This document shows, in pieces, positions 16,467-21,430 of a DNA stretch of 21,430 nucleotides. The stretch is from Chthoniobacteraceae bacterium (GTDB lineage Bacteria; Verrucomicrobiota; Verrucomicrobiia; Chthoniobacterales; Chthoniobacteraceae). The stretch is from the NCBI GenBank assembly GCA_031409335.1, contig JANNWY010000274.1, positions 1 to 21,430 of the forward strand, given 5' to 3'. The first letter of the stretch is position 1. The number at the start of each line of letters is the position of its first letter. The notes below the pieces were generated by a model that was not told where the DNA came from, made no database searches, and saw only the letters and a list, made by a program, of their open reading frames with translations. Position numbers and translations under genes: made by a program.

Positions 16467-17501
16467 TCAGAGCGCGTGCGCGGCTCCGAACGGCGCGATC
16501 ATTTCGTCGAGCGTGGTAATGAGATTCGAGAGCGCGTCGCGATATTTGTTCGCGGGCACGATCTTCAATTGCGTCGCCGCTTCGCGGAGCATTTTGCGAC
16601 CAGTGGAAACCGCCGAGTTGATCGCACCCGCCTCGACCGCGCGATCGACGAGCAGGCCGATGTCGGCGTCGTCGCCATTGAGAATGATTTCGCTGAGGCG
16701 ATGCCGCTCGGCTTCGTCGCTCTGCTGGAGCAGATGCAGGATCGGCAGCGTCAGCTTGCCTTTGCGAAGGTCGCTGCCGAGCGTCTTGCCGACCTTCGTT
16801 TCGTCGCCCGCGAGGTCCACGCAGTCATCGTAGATCTGATACGCAGTCCCGAGGCGCATTCCGAACGCCTTCAGCGCGCTGATGACCTCTGGCGATGCCT
16901 CGTTGATAAACGCACCGAGTTCCGTCGCCGCGGCGAACAGCGCGCCGGTCTTCATCTCGATGATTTTGTAATAATCCGGGACGCTCAGTTTCAGATCGAA
17001 GCGCCGTTGCGTCTGGATGATTTCGCCGCTGCACACATCCGACGCGGCGTGCGCAATGCGGCGGCTGATTTCGCCGTTTGGAAAATTGGTCGAGAGCTTC
17101 AGCGCGTGCGCGAAAAGGCAGTCGCCGAGCAGGACGGAAATGGCATTGCCCCACTTCGCATTCACGGTGGGTTGGCCGCGGCGTTTGTCCGCGCCGTCGA
17201 GGATGTCGTCGTGAACGAGCGTCGCGGCATGGATCAGCTCGACGACCACAGCGAGTTCGAAATGGCTCGGCCCGATCGCGCCCGTCGCGCCACCGGCGAG
17301 CAGCGCCAGCGCGGGCCGCAGCCGCTTGCCATTGCTCTCGATCGCGTAAGCCACGTAGCCCTCGACGCCCGGATCGAAAGCCCGCGCCTGCTGCCGAATC
17401 CGCTCTTCCACAGAGTAAAGCTGCGAATTGATCAGCTCGAAGGTTTGCTTCAACGCCTGGGTTTTGTCCGCTGGGATTTGGATCTTTGTGAAATTTTTCA
17501 C
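16467..17501 (-). CDS. Trans-polyprenyl diphosphate synthase (IspB/HepT-like)
   Basis: GKRLRP, LIHAATLVHDDILD..RRG, KTGALF, AYQIYDDCVD and GK..GSDLRKGKLTLP motifs; GTG start. Confidence 0.92.
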   Translation of the reverse strand: MKNFTKIQIPADKTQALKQTFELINSQLYSVEERIRQQARAFDPGVEGYVAYAIESNGKRLRPALALLAGGATGAIGPSHFELAVVVELIHAATLVHDDILDGADKRRGQPTVNAKWGNAISVLLGDCLFAHALKLSTNFPNGEISRRIAHAASDVCSGEIIQTQRRFDLKLSVPDYYKIIEMKTGALFAAATELGAFINEASPEVISALKAFGMRLGTAYQIYDDCVDLAGDETKVGKTLGSDLRKGKLTLPILHLLQQSDEAERHRLSEIILNGDDADIGLLVDRAVEAGAINSAVSTGRKMLREAATQLKIVPANKYRDALSNLITTLDEMIAPFGAAHAL

Positions 17502-17507
17502 AAGGGC

Positions 17508-17536
17508 ACGTTAAGAGTTGGAAAGTTGAGTGTCAA
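17508..17536 (-). promoter_or_regulatory. Sigma70 promoter for the polyprenyl synthase-radC-lpxA operon, probably leaderless
   Basis: Minus strand TTGACA, 17-nt spacer, TAACGT, then 6 nt before the GTG start at 17501. Confidence 0.65.
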
Positions 17537-17640
17537 TTCTGTGTCCGATTACGCGCCGGGGCGGCTTTTGGATTCGCAGAGTGATCGCATCAAAATGATC
17601 GATGCAGGTCTGCCGGGGTGCCTTTGCCGGATGGCGGTGG

Positions 17641-18360
17641 CTACGGCAGCGGATCCTTCGCCTTTCCATCCACATCAAACAGAACCACGCTCCCACCGTC
17701 GTCGTCGGCGGTGAGGCTCGCGGCCATGGAACCGTGCGGGCCATACACCGAAAGCACCCCGTGATCGGTATTCGCCGAAAAGAATCCCATCACCTGCCCG
17801 CTCGGCTCGAAAATCGTGATCACCCCCCCCGTCGGCAGCGCCTTGATCGTCACACCCGGCTTTGCCCCCGGTCGCGCCACAAAAATCTCCCCGCCCTGCG
17901 GGTCGCCGCGCAGCATCGCCAGCGCCGGCCCCATTTCCCCCACCACATTCACCAGCCCCACGCCCTCATGCACGCGCAAGCCCGCGCGCGGCTGCCCGCC
18001 GGCCTCCGCCACATAGATTTGCCCGCTCCCATCCGCCGCCTCGGTGAGCGAAATCACCACCTTTCCCGCCGCATTGCGCAGCTCGAAACTCGCCCGCTCC
18101 CCATCCGTCGTGAAAACCGCCCGTGGCCGGTGTTCCCGATCGTGCAGATAAATGCCCGCCGCCGCCTCCTCCGCACAAACCCACACCGGGATATGGCCCG
18201 ACGGCTCTTGAATCAGCACGCGATCCGCGAACAGCTTCAGCGCCTTCGACCGCGGATTGTCAGGCGGATCATCCACCTGATTGAGCAATCTCAACACAAG
18301 ATCGAGGTCGCGGCGCAAGCAGCACACCTCTTCGCGAAGCAGGGCAATTTCATCGGGCAT
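17641..18360 (-). CDS. Hypothetical protein with an N-terminal coiled-coil-like helix and about 9 tandem ~22-aa beta-hairpin repeats
   Basis: Repeats such as AGIYLHDREHRPRAVFTTDGER, GQIYVAEAGGQPRAGLRVHEGV and GVITIFEPSGQVMGFFSANTDH. Confidence 0.72.
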   Translation of the reverse strand: MPDEIALLREEVCCLRRDLDLVLRLLNQVDDPPDNPRSKALKLFADRVLIQEPSGHIPVWVCAEEAAAGIYLHDREHRPRAVFTTDGERASFELRNAAGKVVISLTEAADGSGQIYVAEAGGQPRAGLRVHEGVGLVNVVGEMGPALAMLRGDPQGGEIFVARPGAKPGVTIKALPTGGVITIFEPSGQVMGFFSANTDHGVLSVYGPHGSMAASLTADDDGGSVVLFDVDGKAKDPLP

Positions 18361-18483
18361 TTGACCAAGGCTTTCTGATTGCGCACCATCGAACGAGCCT
18401 AAAACGCTGGCAGCCAGATATAAGACCCACGGCAGGACAGACGTGCAAAGTCGAATAGGGAATCTAGCGGGATGCGTAGCAAC

Positions 18484-18610
18484 GCCTAACGATCAAACTG
18501 AGGCGACCACTGCGGCGGTGGTGGGCGTCGAATCGGCGGCGATGGTTGAAGTTCAAATAAGACAAGTCCGGCACAGAGCCCCAGCGATTGCCTTCAGTGC
18601 TTTGTTAGGC
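18484..18610 (-). mobile_element. Integron attC site (127 bp)
   Basis: Minus strand R'' GCCTAAC ... R' GTTAGGC. Inner arm ACTGA(A)GGCAATCGCTG pairs imperfectly with CAGTGGTCGCCTCAGT, with one bulged base. Lies 16 bp after the cassette stop codon. Confidence 0.85.
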
Positions 18611-18626
18611 TTCGACTGCGCATCAG

Positions 18627-19787
18627 TCATTTGGATTCGGGCTTGGGCGCTACTTGGGCTTCGGCCTTCACGCCCTGGGCGATGAACCTCTGAAGATACT
18701 CGCTGTTCACGGTGACGGTTCGTTTCGAGCGGTTCCACGCGGCCCCGCCCGAGCCCCCGACAAAATCGACGGTCACCTGCGAGTGCCAGTCGATTCGCTG
18801 GAGCGCAGACTCGATCGTCGAGGCGAGGCTTGGCTCTCCCGCGTCCACAAACGCGCGCGTTGACTCGTCGGCACGGAAGCGGGCCTCCTTCGAGACCTTG
18901 CCCGCGGGCATCATCAGCGGGGACAGCGTTCGCCGCCATGCCCGGTGGATGTCCGCCCCATAGTCGCGCGCCTTGGAGATGTCTCGCTCCGACATACCCA
19001 CGATCTCCGCAACGCCGGCGTATTTCTCCTTGTCCGCAGCGATTGCCAGAGCTGCGATCTGGTAAGCGCGCCGGGCATCGTTGTCGTGCTCTCCGCGAAC
19101 GGTCCACTGTTCACGCGGCACCTCGTTCGCTTCGATCACGAGGGACTTGACCCGCGCCGAGATCGCGCGGACCGCCTGCTCAGGGAAATGCTCGGTGAGC
19201 AGGTGCGTGGCAAAGGCATCGGCCATCGTCTCCTCGTTACCCAAAACCATCAGATCGAACTCGCGGATCACCGCGTGGCCGAGTTCATGGAGCACAACGT
19301 GCAGCGTAACGTCCGCTGCGAAGGCCGAGACGGGCACGGGAGGCAAGGTCTCGCCCGTGGTCGCGTTGCGAATGGCGTCGGGCACGGCATAGCCGGGGAG
19401 CGCCGGGTGCTTGCAGTTGATGTGGCGCCAGTGTTCGACCAACGTTGCCAACCGCTTCTGGTCGATCTTGTAATGCTCTGCGGCGATTTTGAGCAGATCG
19501 TCGCCCGTGGCGCTGCGCCTTGCCGCTTTCTCCAGGAATGCATTCACTTCTGACTCGGGTTTGTGCTCAGCGCGGGTAAGCACGTTCGATATGATAGCTC
19601 TCATGTCCCAGGCGATTTTCATGTCCCCTGTGCACTGTAGGGTTGCGGGCGGTTGAGGCTTTGGCTCAGCAACCACCGGGGGAGGGAGAGGGGCGGCCTC
19701 TTGAGCCAAGGCCACGGCTACAAAGGCTACGCTGCACGCAACCCCGATTGAATTAGTTAGAAGTGTCTTGAAGTTGTGATTGTTCAT
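18627..19787 (-). CDS. Gene cassette: secreted DUF4344-like putative metallopeptidase
   Basis: Signal peptide, Pro-rich linker, HVVLHELGHAVI (HExxH), EETMADAFA and GEHDNDARRAYQI motifs; flanked by attC sites. Confidence 0.8.
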   Translation of the reverse strand: MNNHNFKTLLTNSIGVACSVAFVAVALAQEAAPLPPPVVAEPKPQPPATLQCTGDMKIAWDMRAIISNVLTRAEHKPESEVNAFLEKAARRSATGDDLLKIAAEHYKIDQKRLATLVEHWRHINCKHPALPGYAVPDAIRNATTGETLPPVPVSAFAADVTLHVVLHELGHAVIREFDLMVLGNEETMADAFATHLLTEHFPEQAVRAISARVKSLVIEANEVPREQWTVRGEHDNDARRAYQIAALAIAADKEKYAGVAEIVGMSERDISKARDYGADIHRAWRRTLSPLMMPAGKVSKEARFRADESTRAFVDAGEPSLASTIESALQRIDWHSQVTVDFVGGSGGAAWNRSKRTVTVNSEYLQRFIAQGVKAEAQVAPKPESK

Positions 19788-19836
19788 TGGGGTTGGTTTG
19801 TTCAGCTATCGTTACCTCGGGACGCACGAGGAAGCC

Positions 19837-19937
19837 GCCTAACGTTTGCACTCTGGCACAGATGGGGCGCACACAGCGCTCACGAATCAGAGAAAACTCC
19901 GACGCCCCATCTGTTGCCAGCAGTGCTCTTGTTCGCC
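19837..19937 (-). mobile_element. Integron attC site (101 bp)
   Basis: Minus strand R'' GGCGAAC ... R' GTTAGGC. A 22-bp stem, GCACT(G)CTGGCA(A)CAGATGGGGCG / CGCCCCATCTGTGCCAGAGTGC, carries two extrahelical bases. Confidence 0.9.
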
Positions 19938-19959
19938 TTTGGTTGATTGTGCTGGGTGG

Positions 19960-20559
19960 TCATGAGCCGAAAAGCCTACTGAAGAAACCTCGCTTCGGCT
20001 GCGACTGCTCGGTAGCTGTGGAAGTTTGCGTGAGGACATGAAAAGTGCCGTCAATAACATGGGGTGAATCCTCGTCATGCTTGAATCCGACGATGCTCTG
20101 GGCAACGGCGAGAGGGATGTCAAAGAGGTAGTCCACATTAGCCTTCGTGCCACCAGCCTCCGTCTGCTTCCGCTCTAGGTCACTTCGGATAGAGTCAAAA
20201 CAGGCAGGCAGTGTCCCAGTGGCATCTAATCCCTTGGCACCACCACTGCCATCGTGGTGGATGAACCAGTGTCTAAGTCCCACTCGCCAAAGCGTGGCGG
20301 TGCTGTCCATGCAGTGTTCCTCTACTGTGCAAGCGATGACGTCGTGATGATGGGAAAGTGAGGAAAGCTCTTTCTCACCAAGGAATGGACACTCATACTT
20401 GTTATACGAGAGCACCCGCCAACCCGTGTCCAGACGAGCGGAAGAAATCAACGAGTCAGGGCACTCATCTGTCTCGCCTGTGGGGACTAAGCCGAGACGC
20501 TGAAGGAACGAATCCGAGTGTGCTTCTGGAACGGCGAACCAAGTAATCGAGAATCCCAT
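19960..20559 (-). CDS. Gene cassette: hypothetical protein (199 aa)
   Basis: ATG at 20559 (MGFSITWFAV) lies 20 bp after the upstream attC. The longer start at 20658 would run through the attC. Ends in KRGFFSRLFGS. Confidence 0.78.
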   Translation of the reverse strand: MGFSITWFAVPEAHSDSFLQRLGLVPTGETDECPDSLISSARLDTGWRVLSYNKYECPFLGEKELSSLSHHHDVIACTVEEHCMDSTATLWRVGLRHWFIHHDGSGGAKGLDATGTLPACFDSIRSDLERKQTEAGGTKANVDYLFDIPLAVAQSIVGFKHDEDSPHVIDGTFHVLTQTSTATEQSQPKRGFFSRLFGS

Positions 20560-20579
20560 GGCGAGTGGTGTTGAAGTTA

Positions 20580-20672
20580 GGCGAACGACTCGGATCAGGC
20601 GACGGCGAGCGGGAGGCGTCGATGACACGACAGATGCCATACGAGCCGTTGCCTGCATCCGTTTTGTTCGCC
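20580..20672 (-). mobile_element. Integron attC site (93 bp) with atypical R boxes GGCGAAC/GTTCGCC
   Basis: Minus strand GGCGAAC-AAAA-CGGAT(G)CAGGCAACGGC ... GCCGTCGCCTGATCCG-AGTC-GTTCGCC, showing a bulged base and an unpaired spacer between the R and L boxes. Confidence 0.88.
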
Positions 20673-20726
20673 TTCGGTTTGTTGTGGTGGCAGTTCATGG
20701 AGGTTGGTCAGTGCCAAAACTCGCTG

Positions 20727-21077
20727 CTAAATCCCTGCGACAATACCGAACCATCCCCAAACCCACCAGAAAAATCCTCCACATAAAGTGAGACATAACG
20801 TCCACCGCCTCGGCATGATTGGGTGGGAGATGATGCCGATCACACTGCAAACGGGGACTGTGAACGACCATGGAAACTGTGGATGCCGAACAAGTGGCCC
20901 ATACGACGGTATCGGCCCTGCCAACTGAATAAGCACGATGTCTAGTCGCCGTGCTATCGTCATGTCGCGGAACGTGAATGCGAACAGGATACTGGCGGTC
21001 ACCATCAGTCCGGCAGCGACCGAAAGGGCAAACCAGCGTCTCCTCACCAAGGAGATGGTTGTCGTATCTGGAATCAT
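20727..21077 (-). CDS. Gene cassette: small hypothetical membrane protein (116 aa)
   Basis: Three hydrophobic segments. Fills the space between the attC remnant at about 21099-21103 and the attC at 20580-20672. Confidence 0.6.
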   Translation of the reverse strand: MIPDTTTISLVRRRWFALSVAAGLMVTASILFAFTFRDMTIARRLDIVLIQLAGPIPSYGPLVRHPQFPWSFTVPVCSVIGIISHPIMPRRWTLCLTLCGGFFWWVWGWFGIVAGI

Positions 21078-21103
21078 TGGGCTGCGCTCTCGGAGTTAGG
21101 CGA

Positions 21104-21430
21104 GACTTTATGGCTGCCCTCCATGTGAGCGCGGCGTTTTCTGAAAGGGGAAGCGGTGTGCTTGAGGAGTGGCGAAGTCGCGGGTTGCGCGGGATAAACC
21201 GTGCCGAGCCGCATTCTGTGCGGGATCACCGCCGGAGCGGCGTCACCAATGATAAAGCCAACACACAACAAGCACAACATGAACAAAGAACTACTGTTTG
21301 TCGGACTCGATGTCCACGCGAAAAACATCACCGTGGCCCTCGCGGGTGTCATTAATTGTGGTGCATGCTTGGGATGGGTTGGTGAGGGGGCCAGAAGGCG
21401 TCCCAATGTTGGTTGGCGCGCAGGACGCGG
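21104..21430 (+). mobile_element. Left end of an IS110-family element inserted in an attC R' box
   Basis: Junction agttaggcga|gacttt replaces the expected agttaggcga|ac. It is followed by ~175 nt of non-coding sequence and then an IS110-like transposase start. Confidence 0.65.
21279..21430 (+). pseudogene. IS110-family transposase N-terminus (DEDD RuvC-like), apparently interrupted after about 22 codons
   Basis: ATG at 21279 reads MNKELLFVGLDVHAKNITVALA, the IS110 first catalytic-Asp motif. The continuation GVINCGACLGWVGEG does not look like IS110. Absent from the ORF track because the frame runs off the window. Confidence 0.68.

Larger units (their letters stand above)
18484..21103 (-). mobile_element. 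Integron gene-cassette array (three cassettes; no intI in the window)
   Basis: Co-oriented single ORFs each followed by an attC, and visibly lower GC than the flanks. Each cassette's R'' is complementary to the R' at its own start. Confidence 0.85.

Noticed and set aside
17502..17640. Possible attC after the 239-aa repeat gene
   Set aside because: No GCCTAAC-type R'' with a matching GTT box and no long imperfect hairpin; the region holds a promoter instead.
15057..17714. Long + strand ORFs (238, 460 and 412 aa)
   Set aside because: Antisense shadows of lpxA, radC and the polyprenyl synthase.
18484..20672. CRISPR array or plain terminators as an explanation for the hairpins
   Set aside because: The units are not identical repeats, are separated by whole genes, lack U-tracts and have attC R/L-box architecture.
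20465..20791. Small ORFs spanning 20580-20672, and the 33-aa N-terminal extension of ORF 19960..20658
   Set aside because: They translate through the attC hairpin and are artefacts of the recombination site.
21104..21278. Group IIC-attC intron as an explanation for the attC disruption
   Set aside because: No GUGYG 5' end at the junction, and the following ORF is DEDD-transposase-like rather than a reverse transcriptase.
20978..21406. ORFs 20978..21355 (+) and 21074..21406 (-)
   Set aside because: They cross the cassette/IS junction and the IS leader. The recognisable coding frame is the IS110 start at 21279.

Overview
GC-rich bacterial chromosomal segment, most consistent with Verrucomicrobiota or another PVC-superphylum organism (PVC-type heme-binding protein, PEP-CTERM protein, A/C-rich leaders lacking SD sites). 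From left to right: (1) a DtxR/MntR-controlled Mn/Fe uptake locus with a beta-barrel gene, sitA-like and sitB-like genes, a divergent mntR and a 28-bp palindromic operator; (2) envelope and housekeeping genes (lipoprotein, membrane protein, galE, 3D-domain lipoprotein); (3) a PVC-type CxxCH heme protein paired with a DMFase-beta-like gene; (4) a + strand accessory block of an AraC regulator, a secreted Cys-rich protein with a dockerin-like tail, a cohesin-like PEP-CTERM protein and a vanadium haloperoxidase; (5) polyprenyl synthase, radC and lpxA; (6) a protein built of ~22-aa repeats; (7) an integron cassette array on the minus strand with three intact attC sites. A fourth attC appears cut within its GTT core by an oppositely oriented IS110-family element. 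That element has a ~175-nt structured 5' non-coding region (candidate bridge RNA), and its transposase seems interrupted after about 22 codons. The best leads are the attC-inserted IS110 with its candidate guide RNA and the putative cohesin/dockerin surface-display module beside the haloperoxidase. All calls come from motif recognition by eye; no searches were run.
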